Shown one piece after another: positions 26,401 through 40,419 of a DNA stretch of 64,000 nucleotides. The DNA is from Eledone cirrhosa (Eukaryota). Within the stretch, counting starts at the first letter, position 1. Each line of letters opens with the position of its first letter. Made by a program: the position numbers and the translations under genes. Location: positions 103,912,001 to 103,976,000 of the forward strand of contig OZ024741.1 in the NCBI GenBank assembly GCA_964016885.1, in the 5' to 3' direction. Under the pieces are notes generated by a model, which was not told the origin of the DNA, searched no databases, and saw only the letters and a list, made by a program, of their open reading frames with translations.

Positions 26401-29216
26401 TGTCTATTTTCCTAATGAATATCCTGTCTATATGCAATCTAGATGACCCTATGCGGTTAGCCCAGGTCCACACTGGCGCATTAGGGAAATCTAGTCGGTA
26501 CCTGTCAGACAGTTGGAACTGGCTGATCAGGGTCTTGAGGCTTTTGCACCCCCCGTTCCTATCGGATACTCCCACACAGTCCCAGCGTGCGTCTAAGATG
26601 CCGTTCCAGTCCCCCGCTAACAGTAAAGGGCGAGACGTATCCAGAAAGGCTTCCAGGCATCTAAAGAAGTCCGGCCGTCCTGCCCCAGTAGGAGCATAGA
26701 CGGCCACCAGTCTAAAGGCACCACTTTCGTTATTGTTCACGTCCAGGACCACCAACTTCCCATCCGGGTCCCGGAAGATCCAGGCCTTTCCTAAACAGCA
26801 CTACCACCCCGCATCCCATTCCAGGCCGGCTAACAGATACAAAGATCTGATAGTCATCGAAAATGAGGGCTAGTGCGCGCATGTCGGAAATCCTGGTCTC
26901 GCTGATGGAAATTACATCCATTTCTATAGACCTGAGGTCGTTGAGCAGGTGGCCCTGCTTCCAGGACGATCCCAGGCCTCGAACATTTAAACATCCTACT
27001 CTTAATACGGCCATGTTGGCAGGTTAAAAAGAGAGAGAGGAAAGGTTTACTTACCTTCCGGGCTCTTGTTCGACCTCCATAGTTGGTGGAGTTTCTTTTG
27101 GGAACCCCTTTAAAAGTCTTGAAGTTGGTTTTGAGTTCGGGGTTCCCACGTCCCGAGGAAAGCTGTCTCGTATTTCTTTGTATAATTTGATCGACATTCG
27201 CACCAGAACCAAATCTTCCGGCACGCGAAATGTGCTCGATTTAAAAATTTCCCTCTCTTTTTGTATATTTTCACTTCGTGCTATGAGGGCCTTCAGTTCC
27301 TTGTTGGCCCTCCTGACGAGCACGAAGTTTTGTATGTTTTGTTGGTGTGATTTTATTTGTTTGCGTGGCTGTGGTGGTGATGGTTTTGGTGGTGTTGTTT
27401 CGGTTGTGTCTGTGTTTGTTGTGAGTGCTGTGTCTGTGGTTTCAGATGATTGTGTGTATATTTGTTCTTGCGTCTGTTTAGGTTGTTTGCGTTTGGGGGA
27501 TTCTGGTGATGGTGATGGTGGTGTTGATGTTGGTGTTATTGGAGAGATTTTTGCGTGGGTGGTGTCTGCGTTTTTTATTGTGGGTGATTTTGTGCTTTGT
27601 TGAGTTGTTTTTTTCTTTTTGTGTTTCCTATTTTGTATTTTGGGGGATTTTGGTTTTCCTTCATCTTCACTACTGGTAGATGAGGGGTCTGTGTCTGTAA
27701 GTGTGTCTGTATATATGTTTATGGTTTTATTGGTGTGTGTATTTTTTGGGAGGAGGGGGAATTTGACAGCTTTCCTCGTTTCCCCCCTGGGTGGTCAATG
27801 TTGGTGGTGGTCTTTCTATTGGTGTTGTTGTTGGTGGTTTTGCCGGTGCTGGTGTTGGTTGTGGTCCTCGCCCCGGCGTCGGCATCAGTGGAGCCTTTCG
27901 ACCCCTTGCCTCTTTCAGCAGTTGAGAGCAGAAGGCTCGCAAATGGGTTTTTTCCCCACAAACAAAACACTGCGGCCTTTTGCCTTCAGTCATAATGTGA
28001 ATGACCATCCCATTCTGAAGGCGGATGTGGTCCAGGATTGTCTTCACATTCTCGGGCCTGATCTGGAGAAGGATCTCCAGGTCAACCCCGGACCAGTCCT
28101 CTCTGGCCGTTCTGGTCACTTCTATAGGGACGGTATCCGTCCCCTCCACAATCACACATCCCAGAAGCCACCACATGTCAAGTCCTGGTGGGATTCTGGG
28201 AATGCGGAGACGGGCCATTCTTTTTCCCATGTGGGAGGGGAACATTATGACCTTGCTGGTTTTGCAAGGAGTCATAGCGTGTTTCATAGCAAGGGCTTCT
28301 GACTTGAACAACACCGAAATTGTGCCGTACTGTCTGCCCCTCTCTATGTATTCGGTGTCTTCTCTGATGCACTTCAGCGCTACTTTGACATCTTCTTGTG
28401 GGATTAAAGCTGCCCTTTTGGTTTGTGCTGAGATGCATCTATAATGCACCGTTCTACGCTCCACTGCCTCAATAGCTTCTACCGGGACAGTTAAGTTGGC
28501 CCAGGTTTGCTCTTGCTTGATGAGCTTCCATGCCTGGGCCAACTTTTCCTCTTTGTTTGAGAGGTCCATGTTGAAGCATGGCCTCTTTTTTACTGCTGCC
28601 GCAGCAAACGTGTTCTTGTTTTCGTTGGGGGTGTTGTTGACGTTGTTCTTGTTGGTGTTATTGTTAGCACTGTCGCTGCTATCATTGTTGTTTTTGTTGC
28701 CACCGTTGTTCTCGGTGCAGTTGGTATTGTTGCTGTTGGTGTTGTTGCTATTTGTTTTCATGTTAGTGGTGTTGATATTGTTGTTGCATTTGTTATTTTT
28801 TTTTTTGTTATCTGTATTTTCGTTGTCCCTGTTACTGTCATTTTTTTCAAAATTAGAGTTCTCATTGGTATCATTGGTGTCTTTGTTTACTTTGTTTGTG
28901 GTGGTGTTTGTGTTATCAATTTATGTTAATTTCGCTGTAACGCTCCTCTCAACTTCTACGTCGTTGTCGCACGACGGCAGACATATCGCTGGGGGGCATG
29001 GCTCAGCCATGTTATTTTTCTCCGTAAATTTTTTAACATGTAAAAAAAGTTAAAATATTTGGGCCAAAAGGCCCAAATATTATACTTTCCCCTTCACAGG
29101 GCAAAGTCTAAGGGCTTATATCCCTTACACAACAAGAAATATTTAACAACAAATAATTTTAACAGGCAAATAAAGCGACTTACTGGGAGCGAGCCAAAAA
29201 GACGTCCGAACAGACT
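23413..29216 (-). mobile_element. Near full-length Tx1/L1-clade non-LTR retrotransposon (ORF1 gag-like with zinc knuckle; ORF2 APE-RT-zf), pseudogenised
   Basis: ORF1 CFVCGEKTHLRAFC; ORF2 CLNVRGL, VYAP, AGDWN, IDRIF, SDHK, PGYWKLN, KSPGLDG, LDQSKAFDRVDH, VRQGCPLS, YADD, CPRC...ETVLHALVQC; (AAT)n on both sides. Confidence 0.93.
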
Positions 29217-29236
29217 AATAATAATAATAATAATAA

Positions 29237-29474
29237 TGGATGATGTGTCAAATTTTCATTACATTTATTGAGGTGTGACATGCGTTTCACGATTGATCAG
29301 CTCAAGGTTCAATCTGAATCAATTGAGCCTGCCTCTTGAATACACTAACAGAAGTCTGAGGAACTTTTGATTCCAGAGTCAGGCCCGATCGACACAGATC
29401 AAACCTTGAGCTGATCAATCGCAAAACGCAAATCATACCTAAATAAATGTAATGAAAATTTGACACCTCATCCA
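29237..29474. repeat. Fold-back element homologous to 2163-2467
   Basis: TTCATTACATTTATT...TGATCAGCTCAAGGTTC arm and its inverse. Confidence 0.8.
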
Positions 29475-29690
29475 TATCATTTTTATTATTATTGTTTTTC
29501 CTTTTCCTTCAGTATTGTTTCTGATATGTGTCGAGTATCTTCTTGGTGCCTAGGGCAAATAAATTCATTGTATACATTGGTAAGCCAGTTAATACACCAC
29601 ATTGAATATAATTTACAGCTTATCATTCTTACAGAGATAGTGCTCTACTCACACACACACACAACCACACAAGGTGAGGGGGTATCATTC

Positions 29691-30660
29691 TCATAGAGAC
29701 AGTGCTCTTCTCAATACATGGGCAGTATCAGTCAAGACAATTTTTTGTACCTCCTGCAGAGAGGGTAAACCAGAAATCACCCTCAAATACTGTTCTGTTC
29801 CTTTCTTGATCATTCCCAGTGCTCCCACAGTCACTGGTATTGTAACAGCTTTGAGGTGCCACATTTTTTCGATTTCAATAAGCAGATCTATATATTTTCT
29901 TAGCTTGTCAAATTCTTTTGTCGCGATATTGTTATCACATGGGATGCTCATATCAATCAATAAACAGACCTTGCTATGTTGGTCTTTTATAATGATATAT
30001 GGTCTATTTGCTTTAATAGTCCGGTCAATATGTACAGGAAAGTCCCAGAGTATTGTTACTTTTTCTCCTTCAGTTACAGCCTCAGAGTGATGATTGTACC
30101 ACTTGTCAGCAGCTTTGATTTTATAATGCCGGCATGTTACCCAGTGTAGATATTGGCCAACTCTGTCATGTGTATATTTGTACTCTACTGGGGCTAAAAC
30201 TTTACATCCAGAAACTAGGTGGTCCACTGTTTCAACCTCATCATTACAGAAACATCACTTTAGATTAACTCCATTTCTCATCACATTAACCTGGTAATTC
30301 TGTGTCAGTAAGCTTTGATCTTGGGCAGCTAAGATGAAGCCTTCACTCTCTGCTTTTAGCCCTGATCTACGAAACCACTGATGGGTGTGCTTTTGGTCAA
30401 CATCAGCTTGTTTGCTACGGGCCACATATTTGCCATGCAGAGGTTTCTGCTCCCACTTTGATGCTAATTACTCTTGCCCTTTTGCTTTTACGATTAATTG
30501 TATGTGCTTAACAGCAACAATTGCAACAGTTTCCTCAGTCTGTCCAACCTGAGGATCAAGCATGAGATCAGTAGCATATGTTTTGCTCTCCTTCAAGATA
30601 GAATGAAGCTTCTTACTTCTCTCATGTTTTTCAATAAGTTTCAGCATACAGTCGTTTGTT
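29691..30660 (-). mobile_element. R4/Dong-like RLE non-LTR retrotransposon 3' fragment
   Basis: KPLHG-like, ETVDHLVSGC, HDRVG..LHW, ILWDF, ANRP, LIDMSIP, K..KY, IPVTVGALG. Confidence 0.85.
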
Positions 30661-30902
30661 ATTATTATTATATGTATATATATATATATATGTATATGTA
30701 TATATATGTATATATACATATATATGCCCACTGTAAGCCAAAGTTAAAGGTTTATATTTTGGGTATGTCACTATTTTATACATCAAACATATTTTATTTG
30801 ATGAAAGCATACCATAATTTGGTATCCTTGAAATACATATAATAAAAATATATATGATGCTATAGTGATATTTTCCATTTATTACTATTAATAATATTAT
30901 AT

Positions 30903-31003
<101 letters not shown>

Positions 31004-31035
31004 AGATCAAAAGATGGTTAAAGGAGTTCCATGTA

Positions 31036-31102
31036 TTTTATTATGCGCATTTCAAAAACAAACATCATCATGCAATAATATTTGTGTTTTCATCAGATAA
31101 AA
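31036..31102 (-). ncRNA. Type I hammerhead ribozyme (third family)
   Basis: TTTTAT-CTGATGA-long stem II-GAAA-TGCGCA-TA-ATAAAA; palindromic stem III. Confidence 0.75.
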
Positions 31103-31363
31103 CAGGAGAACATGATATGAAGGCTAAAAAACACTTGTGGATAGTGCAGTTTTAAATCAACATATGAAAAGTGGTTTTAGATTGATGTGTGATATTGGGA
31201 AAAATATTTTATTTAGAGAGGGGGTGGTGGAAAGGATGAAAAAGGGGAAAGGATGAAAAAGGGTTGAAAACCGTTTTCAACCTCTCTATGTAAAACAATA
31301 TATCTCCTCTCAGTTATAAAAACTATCTCTTTCTCTCTATCACAACTGTTGTTGTATTTCCAG

Positions 31364-31537
31364 GTACAAAGGTAGAAAGCAATATTTAGCTATAAAAGAC
31401 TTGACTTGGGAACAGAAGGAGAAAGTTCTTTGTTATCTATTCTCCAAAATGAACAGTGGCAGCCAGAAAGAGATAACAACTCAGAATAAACAACTTCCTA
31501 AAGTTATGCCAAAGAAATTATTACATGAGAAAAAAAG
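31364..31537 (+). CDS. BBOF1: BBOF1-like internal exon (missed by the ORF track)
   Basis: TTCCAG acceptor and GTAGGT donor; IKDLTWEQKEKVLCYLFSKMN matches the conserved DLTWEQKEKVL motif; phase consistent. Confidence 0.88.
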
Positions 31538-31560
31538 GTAGGTTTTATATGTATATATAT

Positions 31561-32140
31561 CATCATGATCATCATCACCGTTTTAGGTCTATTTTTCCAC
31601 ACTAGACAAGTTGTCCTGTTGTGAGCAATGCCAGGTCAGGTAACCATGTCTTGCTCATACAGAACTGATTTTGGCTTGATTTCTACAGCTGGATGCCCTG
31701 CCTAATGTCAACCTCATTTACAGTGACTACTGGGTGCTTTTTGTTGTGATGCTTACACGACCACTTTACAGTGTGAACTGGGGGCTTTTTGTTGTGACAC
31801 CTACACGACCACTTTAGGGGGGGGGGGGTGACTGCATATATGCTTCAGCTCCGGCTTGTGGGAAGTCGGGTCTTCTGTATTATTGTGTAACACCAGAGGT
31901 TTTGGTCCTGTGACATCGCCTTTGAGGGGTGCAATTGGGCAAGGTCAACTTTTATCACCTCATCCCAGGTTTTCTTGGGTCTCCCCACTCCAAGGCTTCC
32001 ATCGACTTTGAGTACTCTGCACCTTTTTATGCAGCTGTCATCCTTCATACGCATTACATGTCCATACCACCATAATCTCGTCTCCTGCACACAGCATTTG
32101 ATTCCTTTTATGTCTAGTTTTTCTGTTTATTTATGCTTTG
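31561..32140 (-). mobile_element. RTE LINE family C 3' fragment
   Basis: RLWWYGHVMRMKDDSCIKRC; UTR homologous to 8146-8550. Confidence 0.88.
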
Positions 32141-32525
32141 CCATTCACGTATATTACTATCATACATCCATCGGAGCATGCATCATCATCATCATCATCA
32201 TTTTACGTCCGCTTTTCCCTGCTTGCAAGGGTGGGACGGGAACTGATTCTGGCTTGATTTCTACAGCTGGATGCCCTTCCTAACACCAACCTCATTTACA
32301 GTGAGTGCTGGGTGCTTTTTTGCCATGGCACCTCCACGACCACTTTGCAGTGGAATGATATGGACCCCAGTCCCTATCATCTCATTTCTACAGCTGAGTA
32401 AACTGGAGCAATGTGAAATAAAGTGTCTTGCTCAAGGAAACAACACATCACCCAGTCTGAGAATTGAACTCACAACCTTTCGATTGCAAGGCCAATGCTC
32501 TAACCACTAAGCCATGTGCCTCCAT
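32141..32525 (-). mobile_element. tRNA-derived SINE with RTE tail
   Basis: Reverse complement of the 34036-34383 SINE. Confidence 0.88.
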
Positions 32526-34035
32526 GCAATATATATATATATATATATATATAATCATTTAATGGCTGTTCTTCCTGCTAGCAAAAGTTGGATAGGTCAT
32601 CATAAACCAAGTCAGTACTCTGTGGAACTTTTGAACGCAGTTGGACTGAGGAAGGGGAGGTACATCTCATCTCCATACATTCCCACTCACTACCAAGTCC
32701 TCAGACAGGCTGGAAACACACACCATGCTTACATGCATTCCCACACTCTACTGAGCGCATTTTATCATAGCACCAGCACTACAGAGGTTTTCGATCATAG
32801 ACTCAACTGAAGGATCCTTTCTACTCTTTGGGTGTGGGTGGGTAATAAGGATTATGAGCATATTATATGTAAATAGGTTGTGAGGAGACAGGTTTGATGT
32901 CAGGGTGAAGGATAATAAGTATATCATAGGTAAATGAGAAGAGATGGGAGTAACAGGTTCAAGTGGTGATGTGGGAGAATGACGGGGACGAGGAAAGTAT
33001 GGCATGGGTGTAAGACAGGTATTGTGCAGTTTGACAGGGTGATGAGAAGGCTGTGAGAATTGTGTGATCCTAGGTAGAGTAGGGTGAATATACAGAAATT
33101 GTGGCTGTAGTTTCTAAGAAGTGACATGGGGGAAAAGGAGGATGTTGGGTCACATTTTTATACTGGCAGGCGATTCTTCTCCAGTGCTGTAATGTTGCCA
33201 GTCGTTGTGGTCCTCTGTCATCTCTGTTTTGAAATTGAGCTTCCTAATATCAATTTTCACTACTTCCTCCCATGTTTTCCTAAGTGTATCTATTCCATAA
33301 TCCCATCCACTGAGATTTCTCTGCATTTCTTTATGTCCATACCATTGAAATCTTCACTCTCTCTCTCTCTCTCTCTCACACATACACATATATGGGTTTG
33401 CATCTGGAAAGTCCCTCATGTTTGCTAGTCTCTTCTTATTTTAGTAAAATGTTGGGTTATGGGGCATAAACATAGATATGGGCACATTCACACACACATA
33501 TATGTAGTAGTGTTAGTAGTAAGGCCCCTTTGGTCATGAGTTTGCTCCTGAAAAGTTCCTCTACATGCCATTAACCTGGGCAGGGTGATTTTCAGAAATC
33601 CCCCATTCACCCATGCATTCACTCTTTTCTCTACATTACTGATGTTGTCTGGGGGAAAGGCAAAGGCCAATACAGCTTGGCAAATTTTTTTCCAGCTAAG
33701 TGGACTAAATCAATGTGAAATTAAGTGTCTTGCTCAAGGACACAATGTGTTGCCTGTTCTGGGAATCGAATTTATGACCTTATGCTTGTAAGCCTTCACA
33801 AGTTATTGATGAATGTTTATCAATAAGCAAGACACACATATCATCATCATTATTTAATGTCTGTTTTCCATGCTAGCAAGGGTTGAACAGGTCATTGCAG
33901 ACCAAGTCAGTATTTAATCTGAGCTGATAACCTGTCAGATGGGTTGGGACATGGAGGGAATGCTCATCTTGCTTACATATATTCATGCATTTTACAAAGT
34001 GTACTGGGTACAAAATATATTAAAATAAATAAATA

Positions 34036-34383
34036 TGGAGGCACATGGCTTACTGGTTAGAGCATTGGTCTTGCAATCGAAAGGTTGTGAGTTCAATTCT
34101 CAGACCAGGTGATGTGTTGTTTCCTTGAGCAAGACACTTTATTTCACATTGCTCCAGTTTACTCAGCTGTAGAAATGAGATGATAGGGACTGGGGTCCAT
34201 ATCATTCCACTGCAAAGTGGTCGTGGAGGTGCCACGGCAAAAAGCAACCAGCACTCACTGTAAATGAGGTTGGTGTTAAGAAGGGCATCCAGCTGTAGAA
34301 ATCAAGCCAGAATCAGTTCCCGTCCCACCCTTGCAAGCAGGGAAAAAGCGGACGTAAAATGAAATGATGATGATGATGATGAT
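34036..34383 (+). mobile_element. tRNA-derived SINE with RTE tail
   Basis: A and B boxes, conserved body, (GAT)n tail. Confidence 0.88.
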
Positions 34384-34410
34384 ATGGATTTTAACTTATC
34401 TCTTACTCAG

Positions 34411-34615
34411 GGCTTTGACTTTCGACCAGAGCATGACAGCCAATTTTACCAGACAGAACATGGGAAATCAACTAATATTGAATGATAATAACTATGTAGG
34501 CTTTCAGTATAAAAGACATCGTTGTTTCCAAAGGAAACTAGGTTTGAAAAACTACAATCTTGAGAAAGTATACCCAAATGAATTCACATCAACATGGGCG
34601 AGAAACTTGATTTAA
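34411..34615 (+). CDS. BBOF1: Candidate terminal coding exon of the BBOF1-like gene
   Basis: TCTTACTCAG acceptor with a phase matching the 31537 donor; open frame to TAA; no homology recognised. Confidence 0.5.
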
Positions 34616-35764
34616 ATCTATCTCATGTTTTGTTTTTTTTTATTTCAGGGAAAGAGAGTGTATGTGTGTGCTCAGTATGACATACAAATCAAAATTAAAA
34701 TTTAAATTCATATTCAGATGTTGTTGTTGTTACAGCTCACACATATGTAGCTTAAGCTGGCCTACTGTGAGGGTGCATCTCATAGGTTTGTCAAATGTTA
34801 TACTGATAGGAGCCCCAGTCCTATCAAAAACACTTATATTATTGTTGTTACAACTTACATCTATATAGGTTCAGCTGGCTTCTGATGAAGTTGCATCATA
34901 TACAGGGTTTATGTTTTAATGACAAGCTACCAGTCCTATCATATTGCTGTTATACTTCACACCTATATAGGTTTAGTTGGCTTCCTATGCAGTTGCATCT
35001 CATATGAGATTTCTTGGATACTTTAATGATAGGGATGCCAGTCCTATCAACATATATATATGTAAGACAGATTCAACCATTACTAAAAAGAGTCTTTACT
35101 AATTTATGATATCCTGTATTTCCTGGCATCGAAGATGCTCTGATGTTGTGGACACATCCCCTATTTTGAGTTGGTAAATTTTGAAAAAAAAAGAAGTTTA
35201 ACAAAATTACTAACATAACCGTTGTCCTCCAAGACAAAGGTAACTTTTCCAAACTTAATTTGGGAAATAAAACCATGTCTTCCATGCTGGGAAATATGGA
35301 AATTGCTACACAACTGCTTTGGAAATAAAATGTCTGTTTATTGTTCTTTCCAGAGAAGACATCAGTGAAACATTTCTGACACAAGCACCATTCCATTGTG
35401 GTATGGAAAACAAGTTATTGCCTTCAGTTGAAATAGTTTGAACAGGAAGAAACAAGGTTACAGAATGGATTTAATTTGGGGAATCACTTATGAGGATTTT
35501 TTTAATTGTGTATATATAGGTGTGTGTTTGAGGATGTGTGTGTGTGTGTGAGTGTGTGTTTATGCATGTGTAAGGATATGAGATTTTTTTAATTATGTTA
35601 CCATGTGGGGTATCATTACTAATGATTTTTAGTTGTATATATGTGTGTATATCTGAATGTATATGTATGTGGGATTAGTTTGACCATAGTAAGATGTAGT
35701 TGATTACCGATTTTTTTTTTTTTTTTTGCGTGCAGGTGTATATATGTGTGTATATATATATATA

Positions 35765-35830
<66 letters not shown>

Positions 35831-35896
35831 AGGATGTGTGATTAGTTTGACTATGGCAACATGTGTGAAATTGCTGATATAATTTGTATGTATGTA

Positions 35897-38092
35897 TCAT
35901 CATCATCATCATCATCAACGTTTAACGTCCGTGTTCCACGCTTGCATGGGTTTGGACGGGGGTAGTCCCACTTGAGGCAAGAGTGATTGTCTTGCTCGCA
36001 TAGGACTGTCTGGCAGGTTTTCTACAGTTGGATGCCCTTCCTAACACCAACCACATTTACAGTGTGGGTCTGGGAGGTTTTTACCGTGTTGCCTACACGG
36101 CCACATTACAGCGTGGACTGTGTGTTTTTTTGTCGTGACACCTACACGATCTCATTTGTTTCGGCCTCGATGGCGCGGCACCAACATAACTTTACATAGA
36201 ACGGGGTGGTGTGGATGGGGTGGGGGTGGGGGTGGTGGGACGGGGTGTATTTTGTTAGAGATGCCTACTGGCTGGAGTAGGTTTTACTATATATTTAGGT
36301 AAGGCGGGTCTTCTCTGTTACTGAGTACCGCCAAAGGTCTCGGTCCAGTGACATTGTCTTGGAGAGGTGTAAGTGTGTGATGTCGGAGTTTATCAGCTCG
36401 TCCCAGGTTTTTCTAGGTCTGCCTATTCCGTGACTACCGTCTATCTTTATTGCCCTGCACTTTGTTATACAGCTATCGACTTTCATGCGCATCACGTGTC
36501 CATACCAACGTAGCCTTCTCTCGAGTAAACAACATCTGATCCCTCTTATCTCTAATTTTTTCCTTAGTTCGTTTATGCTTTGCCGTTCACGTATATTACT
36601 GTTACACATCCAGCGGAGCATGCAAGCTTCGTTCCTCTCTAGTCTGCGTATATCCTCTGCACACAATGCCCAGGTCTCACTGCCATGCAGCATTGCTGTT
36701 CGTATGCAGGCATCGTACAACCTGCCTTTCATTTTTAGGGAGAACCCTTTAGCAGCTAATAGTGGTATAAGCTCTCTGAACTTTTTCCAACCAGTTCTGA
36801 CTCTAGCTACAGTACTTTCAGAGCACCCTCCCCCACTGCTGATTTTATCGCCCAGGTAACGGAAGCTGTCCACTATTTCTATAGAACCCTCTGCGCAATT
36901 GAAAGAGCTAGTATTTTGTGGGCACTTGCTGCTACTTATTGCACCAGAACACCGGCCACATGTAAAATCTATGTTCTTAGTTAGCTTACCTGTGATCCCA
37001 CTACATCTTTTATGCACCCATACTTTGCATTTAGGACATAAAATGGAGTTTCTACCTACGCCTTTCCTACACACTGAGCATGGCCACTTCCCGGAAGGGA
37101 CCGCCGCCTTGTTTTCTTTCCTACAAACTAGTACTTTGGTCTTAGCCAGGTTAATTTTAAGTCCTTTTGACTCTAGGCCGTGCTTCCATGTTTGGAATTT
37201 CTTCTCTAGCTCGGCCATTGATTCCGCTATGAGTGTCAGGTCGTCTGCGTATAGGAGTTCCCATGGGCAGCCTGTCTTGAACTCCTCTGTTATAGCCTGA
37301 AGGGCAATAATAAATAGTAGGGGGCTGAGAACAGAACCCTGATGGACGCCAACTTTTACGCTAAACTCTTCACTATATTCGTTGTTAATTCTAACCTTGC
37401 TGACTGTTTCTTTATACATGGCTTGTATAGCCCTCACAAGCCATTCGTCAACGCCTAGTTTTCTAAGAGCCCACCAGATAATGGAGCGGGGGACTCTGTC
37501 GAAGGCTTTCTCCAAGTCGACAAAAGCTAAGTAGAGGGGTTTACCTTTAGCTAGGTACTTCTCCTGTAGTTGTCGTACTATGAAAAGAGCGTCTGTGGTA
37601 CTTTTGCCTGACACAAACCCGAACTGCATTTCATCTAGGTCAATTCTCTCTCTGATTAGTTGCGCTATTACTTTTTCCGTGACCTTCATGACCTGGTCGA
37701 TTAATTTAATGCCTCTATAGTTACTCCTATCTAGGGCGTCTCCTTTACCCTTATAACAGTTAACGATGATGCTGCTATGCCAGTCCTTCGGAACAACCCC
37801 ATTCTGTACGACTTGGTTAACTATGCGGGTGACCATGGTGTGTCCCACCGTGCCAGATGCCTTCAGCATCTCAGCAACTATTTCCGAAGGCCCAGCCGCC
37901 TTACCCGTCTTCATATCCTTGATTGCCTTACTTATTATACTCCCCTCGACTAACACTGCTGGTCCCTCTATTGGGTCGATATGGGGGAGACTGTCTTTCT
38001 CCCATTTATTCTCCTCATTTAGTAGCCTTTCATAGTGACACTTCCAAGCTACCTTCTTATCAGCGTCGGTGATGGCAAGTGTGCCATCGTCG
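35897..38092 (-). mobile_element. RTE LINE family B, 5'-truncated, uninterrupted RT-PHD ORF
   Basis: 553-aa ORF 36295-37956 with all RT motifs (FVDLEKAFD, GVHQGSVLSP, LYADD, FRYLGD). Confidence 0.96.
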
Positions 38093-38096
38093 TATG

Positions 38097-38137
<41 letters not shown>

Positions 38138-38140
38138 ATA

Positions 38141-38185
<45 letters not shown>

Positions 38186-39849
38186 ATATTTGTGTGTATG
38201 TGTGTATATATATATATGTGGTTGACAGCTGAGAGAAAGGAATACTCAATACCAAAGTAGAGTTTTAATATTCATTTTATTAAGGCTAAATATATATATA
38301 AGATGAGTATAGATGTGTATATATGTATAGGTGAGTGTATTATGTATTTGTTTAAATTTTTCAATGTTTCCTATAAAAAAAAGAGTTGATTTCTAAGAAG
38401 GAAGCAAGGCTCTATCACTGGAATTTAGGAAAAAAAACATCAACAGTGAACTTCATAAAAGTTTTCAATATTTTGACTGTTCCTCTTACAGATACAATTT
38501 GTAACTTAAGTGTTAGCCAGTCAGCTTCTTGGCCTAAAAAACCTCCAGCTTTACAAGATAGGTAATTAGTAATTTAGTAATGTAACCAAGTGTACCAGTA
38601 ATTATTGGTGGGTAGGAAAATTTACAATCTGGATAGCTCTGCTGTAAGTATGTAAATGTGTATGTATATGTGTGTGTGTATATATATTATATATATATAT
38701 CATCATCATCATCATTGTTTATTTTCCACACTCGCATGGTTAGACGGGTTTGTCCTTGTTGCGTCCTTTCATCATTTCCTCTGTGACCTTCAGTGATTTT
38801 AGATCAGCTCTCTCAACCTCTTCCCAGGCCTTCCTTATGATGTTACAGTGATGGTAGTTGTGGCACAGGTGGTGGTGATGGTAGGAATGAGATGATGGCT
38901 GTAGATATACCAATGACAGTATTACAAGTGAACATTCAAATATAGCCACTGTACCTGGCAAAGAAAAATGTTTCTCCTTCCAAACTACTCTAGTTATTAT
39001 ATTGGAATTGACTCAAAATTCAGCAGTGTGTACTAAACAGCTCCTATAGTTGATGGATACAGGAAAACAGAGGTGTTGGCATCACATTGCATATAATACA
39101 CACACACACATATATATACAAGTATCATCACCATTTAATGTATTTTCCATACCTGTATGGGTTAGACAGCTTGTCAGTTTTGAGACTAGGTGATCACATC
39201 TTGCTTATACATTCCGTTTTTGACATAGCTTCTATAGCTGGATGCCAATATATACATACCATCATCATCATTCATCTGTTTTCCATGTTAGCATGGTTTG
39301 AATGGATTGTCATGGTTCAAGACAAGACATGGTCGGATAACCACATCTTACTCATATGTTGCATATTTTTTCTACTCTCATCATTCCTCTCTTTTCTATT
39401 TAACTCTCTGCTACCATTAGTACTGAATAAATGTTTTACTTTTCTTTTTCTAATTCTCTCTCTCTCTCTCATACTATTACCATCTCTTACTTCCACTCAC
39501 CTGCCTCTTTCATTCTTTGTTTTTCTTTTCTCTTTCATTTAAAATTACATTTTTATTACTTTTTACTGAAGAATTTTGGTTCTTTGCATTCTGAGTTCAC
39601 ATTGAAGCCTTCTTGAGTGGTAAACTTATTCTGTTATCTAGTTTAACACCACGACCTGGTCATTGGGTGCAATAGAAGCAACTATTGTAATATTAAAAGG
39701 AAGGGCGTCTTCTTTTTTTTTCAGATATTTTTACTGGCCTATACTAGACTTAGTGAATATTAGCACCTCTAAACATTGACTAATTCAACTGGATAGAAAA
39801 CTTACACTATTGAAATTTTAATGTCATTTTCCTTTTAACATCTTCTGTG

Positions 39850-40290
39850 GTCCCATAAATATGGTATTTTATTGTATTCTTACACAAAGGTATTTTTAAA
39901 ATAGTGTCAGTGCTTCTTCATAACTGTTTCTATGACTTCATCTATAGCTGGTAGAATAATATCCTCTCCAATTGTATGTGGCTTTTTTTTATTTGCTTTG
40001 TTAAAAGATATAGTGTAAGAATCTTTAATAGTGTAAGATGCTTTGCGTATCAGCATGGTTACTTTAGAAAAGACATTAAGGTTGGACGTTTTCCAAACTT
40101 TTCATTCAGTGTCTTAAGAAGTTGAAAATATTTATTTTACTTATCTGAATACATCATTGCAAGGTAGTCCTTCAAAAACTTCATTGCATAATTTCCATCA
40201 CAAACACATAAGTATTGCCTCATTAGTGATCAAATGACTAAAACGAAATTTCAAGTGTTTCTGTGAATATGGCTGACATTTTTTCAATGT
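39850..40290 (-). mobile_element. Highly degraded hAT (Buster/Charlie-like) transposase remnant
   Basis: Minus strand reads KKPHTIGEDIILPA at about 39947-39990, a motif typical of Buster-type transposases; the rest is fragmentary. Confidence 0.55.
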
Positions 40291-40419
40291 TTGAATGTGT
40301 AGGATATGAATGATTTAAAAAGAATAGACAAAGCCACAAAGTAGTAGATTATGTTTGGAATTTGAATGTTTTGTGCAGGTATCCGAGATAAGAAGTGTGC
40401 CACACCCCAAAAATGCATT

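Noticed and set aside
34881-34910. CTGATGA followed by a possible stem
   Set aside because: No GAAA, stem III or cleavage triplet follows.
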